A stretch of 63,999 nt of DNA, counting the filler, from Octopus bimaculoides (Eukaryota): NCBI RefSeq assembly GCF_001194135.2. It is 3 parts of 2 records of this genome, joined end to end, with 100 filler letters (N's around TTAATTAATTAA, not from the genome) between each part and the next. Parts side by side here need not be neighbours in the genome. Positions count along the whole stretch, not along the records: positions 31,263 to 62,695 come from NC_068982.1; 2 more parts are not named here. One strand, given 5' to 3'. Each line of letters begins with the position of its first letter. The first letter of the stretch is position 1. The position numbers and the translations under genes were made by a program. Under the pieces are notes generated by a model. That model did no database searches. It saw only the letters and a program-made list of their open reading frames with translations, and had not been told where the DNA came from. Shown here piece after piece: positions 36,023-47,318 of this stretch.

Positions 36023-37598
36023 GATTAATCTTGACTAAAAACAAAAGATAAACTGTGATGTAAAATATATGGACGCTTTTATTTTTCACTTTATATAAAC
36101 ATTATGAGTAACAAATTTTCTTACGATAATAAAGAAGCATTCCATTTAGTATTTGTTTAACTTTTTTAAGTATTGTCCGATAACGTTATTAATTAAGTTC
36201 TTTTAAGGTGGATGATGGCAGACTCAGTAAAGTGCTATAGTAAATATCTTGCTGCATTTAGAAGTTATGCACCTTTATTTCCTCCTGTAAAATCAATACC
36301 AGGTAGACCTTGTCCAATAATCTTCTAAGGTCAATAAACTAAATAACAGTGATCCACCAGAAATCAACTAAATAAGTCCTCTATAAAAATTGTGTTTACA
36401 AAAAAAAACAAAAAAAACTCAACACTTTATTATTCTGTATCAATCAAGGGCGATGAATAATCGACAGAATCGGCCAAAAAGAAATGCTTTGCAGTATTTA
36501 TTTTGGTTCTTTACGCTTTTATTTTTTTTAAGCTCATATTATGCATTGGTCAACTTTACCTTTCAATTTGACAGTCTCAATAAAGTAAAGCACCTGCTAT
36601 GTTTTGGACTCGATGGTTTCAACTAACTACTTCGTCAAAACTACCGGCTTTGTCTTTTAATTAGAAATTATTTTGTGCACTAAAAAACTACAGCAAAGTG
36701 CTTTTCACTTCCTACAAGTTTGGAGCGATTGAACTTAGTTTGGTTTTGATAGAATATCTAGTCGATTGGTCTGACTCAAAGTAATACTAGTACTTTATGG
36801 ACATTCTATGGACAGCAGGCAAAGTAAACTCTAGAGGAAGTGGAACTCAGAATAAAAGAATTTAACTAAAACTAAATATCTAGATATCTTGGCTGTGCTC
36901 TACGGAAATACCTTCTTACGCAGTCGCCTGGTCTGCTAGACACACCACATCACATCCTACTGTCTTGCTAAATAGGACGTAATGGATCGTTTATTCTTAG
37001 ATATCGTAAAAATATAGGATGGTTCTGATTGGAGCGTTTTTGACCATGGATTTAGTCGATCAGCGTAGATCTTTTGGAGCCAAACAACAATACTACACAC
37101 TTAAATGTCGTAAGGACGGAAAGAGAGAGAGAAATAGAAACTCTTATAAAGTAGAAACTTCGATGCAGTTTCAATTCTTGGGAGAAATTATTTAACTTTA
37201 TTCACACTACTGCGTGACCGAAGTGTATACTATTTACCAAAAATTAATTTTTAAAAGAATATTAATGAAATATTTCTCCTGATTTAAATAAAATTTCGTC
37301 CGTTAATTTCAATCTTAAGAATAAATTGCTTAATGGCATTAACAAAAATATCTGTGCATTTACTTAACATATCTTCACCAAATACATTTCCTTTATACGT
37401 TTGCATTTTATACTTCCAACGCACGCGAAATTCTTTCCTGCCAATCTTGAGCTAAAGAGCAATTATCTGTAACCAACATTTGAAAATTCATTACTTCTCA
37501 AAAATTGCAACGAGATATATAATCATACTCTCATACTAGCATCTACCCTCCATACTTATTTATCTTTCATTTACAAAATACTCCCCTCTCTCACTCTC

Positions 37599-37632
<34 letters not shown>

Positions 37633-37635
<3 letters not shown>

Positions 37636-38931
37636 GGTGGGGCATAAATACTGTTACAAAATAAAACAGATTTATCCCGACAAAAATTTAACAACCCACT
37701 ATTACAAAATATGCTTTGCAAATGCCCAAGGAACAATATGGTGTAACTTTTATTCAAAATGTTTACCTCATGCCTTCACAACACTACGAAGTCTTTTTGG
37801 GAAGTCATCTATAGCAGCACGCACAACATCTAAGGGTATTTTATCCCAGTACTTGGTCAATTTTTGCTTTAGAGCTTCAATATTTTGGCAAGGAGTAGAG
37901 CAGGTTTCATTCTCCAGAATTGACCACAAAGAATAATCAAGAGCGTTAAGATCAAGTGATGAGGGAGGCCATTCTTCTTTGCTGATCCAGGACGGACAGT
38001 TGTCTCTACACCAGTGTTGTGTTAATCGAGACGTGTGGCTCGTTGCCCCATCTTGTTGGAAAGTCCAAACTTCATCACCGTACACCGAATTGCACCATGA
38101 TATCAACGCGCCTTCCAGAATGTCCTCGATGTACCGTTCTTTGTTTATCTTGATTCTTTGAGGGACAAAATCAAGTGGAGTTTTCCCTCTTTCAGAAATG
38201 GCTGCCCAGACCATCACTGATGCCGGTTTTTGGGTTCTGAAAACCTTTCCTGCATTACCAGGTATTGCCTCAATACTTTTAGCAAGGATTCGGTCATTTT
38301 GATGATTGTGAGACTGTTGAACTGAGAATAACTTTTTATCACTAAAAATGATGTTACGGAGCGTGCCATCTTTAATACGGTTCAACAAGAGTCTGCTTCT
38401 GCTGAGTCTCTTTTCAATTGTGGGCGTGGAGAGAAGCTGTCTCTTTTGGAGTTTATAGGGTGACAACTTTAGGTCACTTTTGCATATCCTCCGTATTGTC
38501 CTTGGCGATGTTTGTGCTTCCTTTGCCCTTCTCCTCATGGATCTTCTTGGATTTCGTCTGATTTTTTCCCTAACATTTTTGATGAGTTTAGGTGTTCTGG
38601 AGGTGCGAGGACAGCCTGATCTTTGTCTATCTTTGATCGAAGAAGTTTCCTGGTAACGATCAATCGTCCTTTTTATCAACATTCTGTTAATTTTGAGGTT
38701 TTTCCCTAACATGAATATTTCAGGTGGACACATGCCCTTCTCATGTTGCTCTATGATGAATTTTCTCTTCCATTCAACAGACATTGCAATAAAATTTTAA
38801 TATGTAGTTTCTGAAATACAAGGAAACATATAATAAACTATCATTTAACTCAAATAAATCATTAGAATTCTTTGAATATTATTATGAAAAATAGTTTTGA
38901 ACTTTTGTAACAGTATTTATGCCCCACCCTG
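37633..38931 (-). mobile_element. full-length maT-family (DD37D) Tc1/mariner transposon, 1299 bp
   Basis: Perfect 29-bp TIRs cagggtggggcataaatactgttacaaaa (37633-61 / 38903-31), TA flanks, inserted at a (TA)n run. Confidence 0.95.
37768..38784 (-). CDS. DD37D transposase, 338 aa, nearly intact
   Basis: HTH region, GRPR-like SGCPR, IIFSDKK (D1), FQQDGA (D2), then 37 residues to LNALD (D3). The stop falls 6 codons before the probable original end (...KA*GKHFE*). Confidence 0.9.
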   Translation of the reverse strand: MSVEWKRKFIIEQHEKGMCPPEIFMLGKNLKINRMLIKRTIDRYQETSSIKDRQRSGCPRTSRTPKLIKNVREKIRRNPRRSMRRRAKEAQTSPRTIRRICKSDLKLSPYKLQKRQLLSTPTIEKRLSRSRLLLNRIKDGTLRNIIFSDKKLFSVQQSHNHQNDRILAKSIEAIPGNAGKVFRTQKPASVMVWAAISERGKTPLDFVPQRIKINKERYIEDILEGALISWCNSVYGDEVWTFQQDGATSHTSRLTQHWCRDNCPSWISKEEWPPSSLDLNALDYSLWSILENETCSTPCQNIEALKQKLTKYWDKIPLDVVRAAIDDFPKRLRSVVKA

Positions 38932-41402
38932 TATATATACAATATAAGTAAGCCAGAGAAAGCGTGTTAAACTAATACTAACAATAAATTAACTATTGCT
39001 ACCGTCCATGGCAGCTCATATATCATGTCTCTAAATAACTCCGAACTCGAGATTGCAAAGAGATATTGAAGTGCAACTTACTGATATAGAGTTACACAAA
39101 CTTAAAAGAATGAGACGCTAATATATAACACTTTGTTAGAAACAGAATAAATAATTTTTCAACATCTATTTTTTTGTATATTACTTGGCTCAACATTTTG
39201 TCCAAAAGAGTGATATTTCACGTTTGTTAAAACATTTTGGCTTCGCTTTTTTTTAAACACAAAGCCCGATATTTTAATGGATGAGTGAAGTCCCTCTCTT
39301 ACCTACACATACTAGTATTATTTTAGGAGTACAGCATCTGGCACCTACTCAACCCCCTGTAAGCTAGAAGGTATACACTTAAACTCTTTTATGTTGATTA
39401 AATAGTAAGGGATGACAAATAAGCAAAATCATAGGCGTTGAAATAAGTCACTACCACCAGTTTACTGATTATCATAGGTTATAATTTTTGCGTTTAATGA
39501 AACAGAAAGGAAAAAGAATCGGTGAAAAGATTTCGGCGACGCTGACTGTAGTTGGAAATGAAAGGTTTGACCGTCATTCTCTCACTCAGCTACAGTTTCT
39601 TCGTCCAAAAAAAAGTGAAGTAAATTTCTACCATGTATATATTCATTCTTCATACATTCCGGTTGGTTTGAACGTGAATAGGTTAATTGATGTTGTATTT
39701 CACTTACGGAGAACACCCTCCCCTTTCAGAAAATGTGTATTGTCAGCACATTTCATTCATTAGAGAGGCATTTTGAGACATTAGTGTATCAAGCTGATTG
39801 TGTCTTTTCTGTCAAAGCTACACCCGAATTAACACATAAAGCGCGACGGGTCACGATCGAGGCCGTCAGGCATAGGTTGACAGGCCACTATCGTGGCCCA
39901 GATAGATGCATTTAATTTATGGGCGTTTGTTGAAATGTCTGTCAAGAGATAGTTCAACTAATGACTTTTGAGATGATGCAAAACTTACCACCATTATATA
40001 CCAATAAGATATGAAGAACTATTTTTGTTTTTTATATGTGCATGGTAGTCTCGTTTTCATAAAATGTGCTCAGCAGTCCATGATATATAAGTTCAAATCC
40101 CAGCGCTTTATAGGTGAATGAAACTAGATAAAAACTATGGATTTTGCTAACAGAAATCGGGAAGCAAATTATTTGCTGATGTATGCTGATATCCGCAGGC
40201 AAAATACAACAGCAAGTAAGGTATTTATGTTCAAATCTGCCCGAATGCATTTAGAATGAATGTGTATATCAACGATTTAGTTCTTGCTGATTTATGTACA
40301 CGTGTTAATTTATTACGAAGTAAATTTGTTCGGCGAGAATGTTATTCAGTAGTGACGTGTTGCAGTACAGGACTACAGCTATCAGCAGTTTTGTTAAATT
40401 TGGAGCTTAATATTCAATGTATTAATCAAAATAGAGCAACTGCATCCCCACCCACGGAAAAATGAACAATGAATCTCTCTCTCTTCAACATCATACTACA
40501 AAGCCTTAATGTCAGATTTGAAGTGTTTATTTTAAATTGGCTACATTTATAACAAAAATAATATAATAGAAGCTTCGGGAACATATAAATATAACCCTCG
40601 TATTACCTGTCAAACTAAATCTCGGTCTATTGTCAGCATCGCTGACTTTCACTTCCTTTTAAATAACCAATATGTTCAAAGCACAAGTATCGAGAAAAAT
40701 AACGGAAATTAATCATCGAATTTCCAGAGCAGTGTGAAGAGTGAACCGAGATACTTTTAATGCTGTCCAAACAAATAATTGCTGCTGAGTGAGGGTAAGT
40801 TCATGAAGTCATCCTAATTTTGTTAGAAGTATAAGCAACAAAAGGAATCTTTATTTTATATAGTAAAGAGGGATGTTGAATTAGGCATTGAAATTAGATT
40901 ATTAACTTCTTGCTATTCTTCAACTAAACCTAATTTATTGTGATATTTATTCACATGTATGCGAATACATGTACACAAATATAAATGGTGTGTGTATACT
41001 GTAGGAGCAGAAAAATTAACAACTTACAAACATGTGTAAGTATAGGGATTATTGAGCGCTGAGTACGGTACGTTTCACACTTCAAGAGTAAAAATACGAC
41101 TAAGAATATCTAAGAGAGGTCCATTCTTGTCCGCCTAAATATAGGGCTTTGTGTTCACATGAAAAGCTAAAATCAGCTTAGTTTTCAAAATATGTGTGTA
41201 TAAATTTATCATTAATTTATCAAGTCACAAGTCTACCTTTTTCCCCCAGTTCCCCGTTTTGTCACGCTAGAGAAATGCGGAAACGGAAAACAGTGGCTGT
41301 ATTAAGAAAGCGAGAGACGGATTAGGGTGGTGGGGAGAGAAATAACCAACAGTCAGCCAGCAAGACAAGCTGTTATTTTAGCTCTGCTTTCAAGAGCAAT
41401 AG

Positions 41403-42310
41403 ATTAGTAGAATCGTCAGAGCGTCAATCAAAATACTCCGTGGTATATGGTACGACCCTTTGCGTTCTAAGTTCAAATCGTGTCAAGGTCAACATTTATC
41501 TTTCGTCCAGTCGATAAAATAAGATACCAATCAAGTACTGAGGTCGATAATATTTTGTGTCTGCTTTAGCAACACTGACAAATTAGCAGAGCCATTAGAG
41601 CGTTCAGCAGAATGCTTCACGGTAATTATTCCAACTCTGAGTTCAAATCCCGCAAAGATCAACTTTGCTTTTCATCTTTAAGGGGTGGATAATAGAAAGT
41701 ATCAATTTACCAATAAGCCCGATGTCATCGATTAAATTACTCCCTTCAAATTGCTGGTTTTTGCTTATTTTAGAAACAGTTTTTTTTTATAAAGGCGGTG
41801 GGTTGGAAAAATAGTTCAAAACAGTATTTGTTTCGGCTTTTTATATTTTGAGTTCAAATCCCTCCGTGGTCAACGTTGTCTTTTATTCTTACAGAATAAG
41901 GTAGCACTCAGTTACTCGAATCGATGTAAGCAAATAGCTCCTTACCTCAGCGTCTCGGTTGCAAGCCGGTGGATTCGTTTGCTCGTCGGACAAAATGCTT
42001 AGTGGCATTACATCCAGTTCTTTACGTTCGATTAATTTTCACCCTTAAAATTTCTGAACTTGTGTCAAAATTTGAACCCTTATTTCAAAAAGAGGTAATG
42101 AACTAGTAGAATCGTTAGCTCGTCGGACAAAATGGTTTGTGGTATTTATTCCGGCTTATTACATTCTGAGTTCAAATACTGCCAGTTCGACTTTGTCTTT
42201 CATCGCTTCGAGGTCGATAAAATGAGTACTGTTCAGACGTTGGGGTCGATGGAATCGACCAGATCCTTCACAAAATTTTGAGATCTTGTGCCTATAGTAG
42301 AAAGAACTAT
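41403..42310 (+). mobile_element. head-to-tail array of about 5 diverged SINE-B copies
   Basis: Repeated agaatcgttag...aaatg...gagttcaaat...gtcga modules starting near 41403, 41581, 41791, 41965 and 42090, all on the plus strand. Confidence 0.65.
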
Positions 42311-42350
42311 TATTACATCTTTATTGCTTCCTAATCCTGACATTTACTCC

Positions 42351-42714
42351 AGCCTTCTTGTTGTTGGCACTCCGTCGCTTACGACGTCGAGGGTTCCAGT
42401 TGATCCAATCAACAGAAATGCCTGCTCGTGAAATTAACGTGCAAGTGGCTGAGCACTCCACAGACACGTGCACCTTTAACGTAGTTCTCGGGGATATTCA
42501 GCGTGACACAGTGTGACAAGGCTGACCCTTTGAATTACAGGCACAACAGAAACAGGAAGTAAGAGTGAAAGAAAGTTGTGGTGGAAGAGTATAGCAGGGT
42601 TCGCCACCATCCCCTGCCGGAGCCTCGTGGAGCTTTAGGTGTTTTCGCTCAATACAATTCCCGGTCTGGGAATCGAAACCGCGATCCTATGACCGCGAGT
42701 CCGCTGCCCTAACC
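42351..42714 (-). mobile_element. tRNA-derived SINE family D (well preserved)
   Basis: Revcomp head ggttagggcagcggactcgcggtcataggatcgcggtttcgattcccagaccggg (B box). A decayed relative lies at 58735-58920(+). Confidence 0.8.
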
Positions 42715-43067
42715 NNNNNNNNNNNNNNNNNNNNNNNNNNNNNNNNNNNNNNNNNNNNNNNNNNNNNNNNGTATAAGCTACTGAGAGAATATTTTAATGG
42801 CAATACTGTTAAAGCTTATTAAAAGTGGTTTTCTTTAAAGTACGTTTTGTTAAATATCTAATTTGACGAAAAATTTGCTTGAAATGTATTTTAAAAGGCG
42901 GCTCCAAATATAAAGTTTCTTAGTATATGTGAATGAATTTTTATTGGCCCCGCTGCGCTATACTGAGAGCAAGTATCATGTTTTGATGTAACTAAGAGAA
43001 ATAAAACAACCCAAAAAATCTTAATTCATTAAGTAAATATTTTTAATATTTCATCGTTTACCTTTTG

Positions 43068-43420
43068 CCTGTTTTATTCATTGGATTGCGACTATGCTGG
43101 GGCGCTGCCTTTGGGGGATTATTCGAACAAATCGACCCCAGTACATATTTTCTTAAAACCTGATGCTTATTCATTCTGCCGCTTTTGTCGAGCTGCTAAG
43201 TTACGGGGACGCAAACCAGTACTGGCTGTCAAACTGTGGTGGGGAATGACAAGCACACAAGTATATGCATACACAGATAAAGATAGATAGATAGATAGAT
43301 AGATACGACTGGAATCTTTCAATTTCCATCAACCTAATTCACTCACGAGGCTTTGGTCGGTTAGGAGCTATAATAGAAGGCACATGCTGAAGGTGTCACG
43401 CAGTAGGACTGAACCTGGCT
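43068..43420 (-). mobile_element. SINE family A
   Basis: gactatgctggggcgctgcc...gctaagttacggggacg...gtcacgcagtaggactgaacc. Confidence 0.75.
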
Positions 43421-43903
43421 CCTCTATTTTATTCACTAATTGAAATCCTAATGCTTGTTGCTGTTCTTGCTTAACCCCAAGTTGGCACTGATTAAGCAGA
43501 CCTATGATTAAAGATATTTCAGCTTAAGCCATCCATTCATTCTATCCTCCTTGTCATATTGTACTCTGGAAATGTATAGTTCGTTTTCTAAGAAGTCATG
43601 GTATGATTTCACGGAAGTTTGGCTTTGATTTCTAACGGAGTAAAGGACTGTGCGAAAGTCTCCTTGTCTGTTTTAGTCAATGCAAATTTCAAACAATTGT
43701 GATTTAATTATTTTCCCATGTTATTTATTTCATGAATGTTTACTAGAAAATTGATGAAGATTATGCTTTGCAGACCGAGACATCAAATTACTTTCTCAGT
43801 TGTATATCTTGCTTGAAAAGCATATCTGCTGCTTTTGCACGCATCATTGCATTTTCGCAGGCACTCCCTCTTCAGTTATTCGTGTTTAAGCAACGGTTTA
43901 AAG

Positions 43904-44156
43904 CAGCGATCCCCAACCGACGAGGCCGTGTATCATTTGGTTCCGAGCCACATACAAATAATGCAACTTAAAATTTAATTTCTATTTTATCGACAATCGC
44001 TGTCTGAAGGGTGTTTTTGCATTATATTTGTATTACATATATAATAATCAAATTAAATATTACGCACTTTGTGTTATATGTGTAATCTCCAATCTGCGGG
44101 AAAAAGTTGTCTTGCGAGAAATCGGTCTATGGTGGAAAAACAGTTGGAGATCTTTG
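43904..44156. mobile_element. hAT Charlie-type MITE (253 bp)
   Basis: TIRs cagcgatccccaacc and revcomp caaagatctccaact (11/15). 8-bp TSD gtttaaag (43896-903) / atttaaag (44157-64), with the central TA typical of Charlie elements. Confidence 0.8.
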
Positions 44157-44789
44157 ATTTAAAGCAATTCGATTTTGTTTTCGTTAGGCAATAGGTTATA
44201 TCTATTACTTGGCAGAATTTTATTCAGCCAGTTGTAATAAAGTTTAACAGTATTAGAAACGTTTATTTGGAGAAGACATTCATTGACATCATCAAGCAGC
44301 AATATTCTTTGTGGCATAAAGGTTTTTCCCTAAATGATTGTTTCGTTTTATACGATGGCAAAATCTAGAAGTGACTCTCAAACTACATAACACTATTGTC
44401 TTCAGTTTTTGGGACATATCGCTATCCCTTCTATAAAAGTGTCTTTGTCATAAAAAGATGATAGAGAGAGCGAGAGATACTAAATTGTACGACTACGAGT
44501 TTTCATTATAAATGTTACACAAAAATGTCATTAAAAAATTCCTTAACTGACTATAATTTTATAATAAAACTGTGATAGAAGAGAGTGAAATACTTGCAGT
44601 TCTGTGGCCGAAATAAACACTAAATGATATTGCTATTTAAATTGCAAGACTTTCAGATGTAAGACTCAGTTGTGACTTTGCTGTGGTAACAGCACTGCAT
44701 TTACTTTCCCACACGAGCATTTCAATTATTCCACTGAACGGAAATGTAAAGGCCACTATAGCAAACATATCCAAAATTAGCGCCTCTAC

Positions 44790-45966
44790 GGCTCATGTAA
44801 CACCAGGGTAAAGGAAAATTTAGATCTTGGTATTAAGGTGTATGTAAATATATGGGGTGGGGGTGGAGGGAGTTCCACCCGATGTGGAACATCCTCATTG
44901 GGAGTGGGGAGGAGGTGGCTGTCCTCCGGGGCACGGAGGCGGAGGACAGAGGATGGAGAGGAGGAGCACTGGACCTCATTGTGCAGGCGGAGGAGAGGCA
45001 GTTGGGGAGTTTGGCAGAAGCGGTGGTGTTGGGAGAGATTGTGTAGAGAGTGTGGGTGGCGGGCAGAATCCCACAATGTTTTTAATGTGGTCAAAAGGGC
45101 CACATTAGAGCTCACTGCCTTCTGCAGAGTAAAACGACAGAAGAAGCGGTGGTGGGAGGAGAAAAAGTAGGAAGTACAGATAGAGGGAAGGAACAAGGAG
45201 GATGAATGAACAGTGACAGAGGATAAAAGGAAAAAGAGAAAGAAGAGTCAGTGTGATGTGGGACCCCAGACCAACTCCATCCCACCCAAGACCACCCAGA
45301 TCCACCCTCTCCTCCATGCAGACACCAAACCCACCCACCCCCTCTCCCCACAGAAAAAAGAAAGAACAGACACTACAAAATTTACAAGACTCCACCCCCG
45401 GTGCAAAAGGTTTCGTGTATATGGAGGCGAGAGTGTTGTCACTCAGCGATGGGGAAAACGGTAAACGAAAGACTAGATCAAAGACTAAAGAGGCCTCAGG
45501 ACTCAGAGGTTGTGAATGGTTTTACTCAGTGTGGGGTGAGTAACACACTTTTCATATTCTCATTTCTCAGTTACCGTTCATGTATCATTATTTTAATTTT
45601 AATGTATTTCATGATCATTTTCATGTGTATGCATGCGCCCTTTTTTTTAAGCCTAGCCAGGCGCATGGACCCGGTTTCCCGGTTTCAATGGCGTATGCGT
45701 TCCCCAGCTAGTCAGGACGCCAGTCCATCGCAACGTTACTCATTTTTGCCAGCTGAGTGGACTGGAGCAACGTGAAATGAAGTGTTTTGCTCAAAAACAC
45801 AACGCGTCGCCCGGTCCAGGAATCGAAACCCCAATTTTACAATCATGATGCCGACACCCTAACCACGTATAGTGCCATATTTTTGTTTTAATTGTTATAT
45901 GACCCTACACGCATCGTAGTGTCCCCGTCTATGTAATGCCTTTATGGCAATTTAAAAGAAATAAAG
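44790..45966 (+). mobile_element. 5'-truncated ORF1-only L1/Tx1-like retroelement whose tail joins a SINE-A body
   Basis: GVEGVPPDVE; VAGRIPQCF*CGQKGHIRAHC (45077-45118). No RT before the tail tgcctttatggcaatttaaaagaaataaag|aagcttgcttcccaacc. Confidence 0.75.
45640..45867 (-). mobile_element. tRNA-derived SINE family E inserted in the 3'UTR of the ORF1-only element
   Basis: Revcomp gtggttagggtgtcggcatcatg...ggtttcgattcctggacc...ttgctccagtccactcagctggcaaaaatgag. Confidence 0.8.
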
Positions 45967-46106
45967 AAGCTTGCTTCCCAACCACATGATTCCGGGTTCA
46001 GTCCCACTGCATGGCACCACCTTAGGCAGGTGTCCTTTACCATCGCCTCGGGCCGACCAAAACCTTGTGAGTGGATTTAGTAGGCGGAAACTGGAAGAAG
46101 CCCGTC

Positions 46107-46140
<34 letters not shown>

Positions 46141-46305
46141 CTGTGTTTGTCCCCCGCCATCGCTTGACGACCGATGTTAGTGTGTTTACGTCCCCGTAAC
46201 CTAGCTGTTCGGCAAAAGAGACCGCTTACAAAGAATAAGTCCTGGGGTCGATTTGTTCGACTCAAGGTGGTACTCCGCAGTCAAATGACTGAAACGGGTA
46301 AAAGA
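45967..46305 (+). mobile_element. SINE family A body lacking its 5' head
   Basis: aagcttgcttcccaaccacatgattccgggttcagtcccactgc...gcagtcaaatgactgaaac. Confidence 0.85.
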
Positions 46306-46934
46306 ACAAAAGGAGGAGATATATTTATGGTTTTATGTAGAATCCCACATGTATGCAGAAACACATGAATTCCGAAGACAACTTGACCTTCTCTCTAATT
46401 AAAATTATGTACAATTTGTTAAACACAAGATGCTCACATTTCCAGTAGCATCGTGCAATGTCCTGTACATATACATATTAGAAGGCAAAAAGATTATGTA
46501 GCAGATTTCACTTCATTGTAATTCTTGTAGGAGTTAAGTATACTTTAACAATTTTATTCATTTCAAGCACATTGGATCCAAACTACAGTGGAAAAAGCTA
46601 GCCACTGGATTTGGTTAAAAAGAGACGATGAGCGATGGCTAGAAGAATATTGAGCTATATTTAATAACCAGTTGATCTAGCAAGCGGAGCCTTTTATCAA
46701 TGAGCGGGGCAGGTGCGCATTGATGCAGTCAAAAGGTAGGCCCCGAAGCAGCGCGCATTCTCTCCTGTTGACCCCATACACTTGCTGTCTCTTTGTTTAC
46801 GGTGCCTAATTCCACGCAGCTCATAATAGATGACATACAAAAAGTATGTTTCTTTTGTACTTAAAGTACATTTATTTCTTTAAATGGGGAGGACCTGCAG
46901 AATGTTACCATTAACGCGATAATATTGGCTTCAA

Positions 46935-47318
46935 ATTTTGGCACAAGACCAGCAAGTTCGGGGGAGGGGGCAAGTCGATTACTTCGATTCCAGGGACGAA
47001 AAGTAAAGTCGATCTCTGCGGAATTTGAATTCAGAACGTATTAACAGCCGAAATGCTGCTAGGCATTTTGTCCGGCGTACTCACGATCCTTATCTCTTTA
47101 CTGCTCACAAGGGGCTACACACAGAGGGGACAAACAAGGATAGACAAACGGATTAAGTCGATTATATCGACCCCAGTGCGTAACTGGTACTTATTTAATC
47201 GACCCGGAAGGGATGAAAGGCAAAGTCGACCTCGGCGGAATTTGAACTCAGAACGTAGCGGCAGACGAAATACCGCTAAGCATTTCGCCCAGCGTGCTAA
47301 CGTTTCTGCCAGCTCGCT
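46935..47318 (-). mobile_element. tailed SINE-B joined to an older SINE-B
   Basis: Revcomp junction ccccttgtgagcagtaaagagata|aggatcgtgagtacgccgg at 47091/47090. Confidence 0.85.

Noticed and set aside
40728-40794. Candidate 67-nt exon (tttccag ... gtaagt)
   Set aside because: Stops occur in all three frames, the pyrimidine tract is weak and there are no partner exons. It cannot be supported without RNA data.
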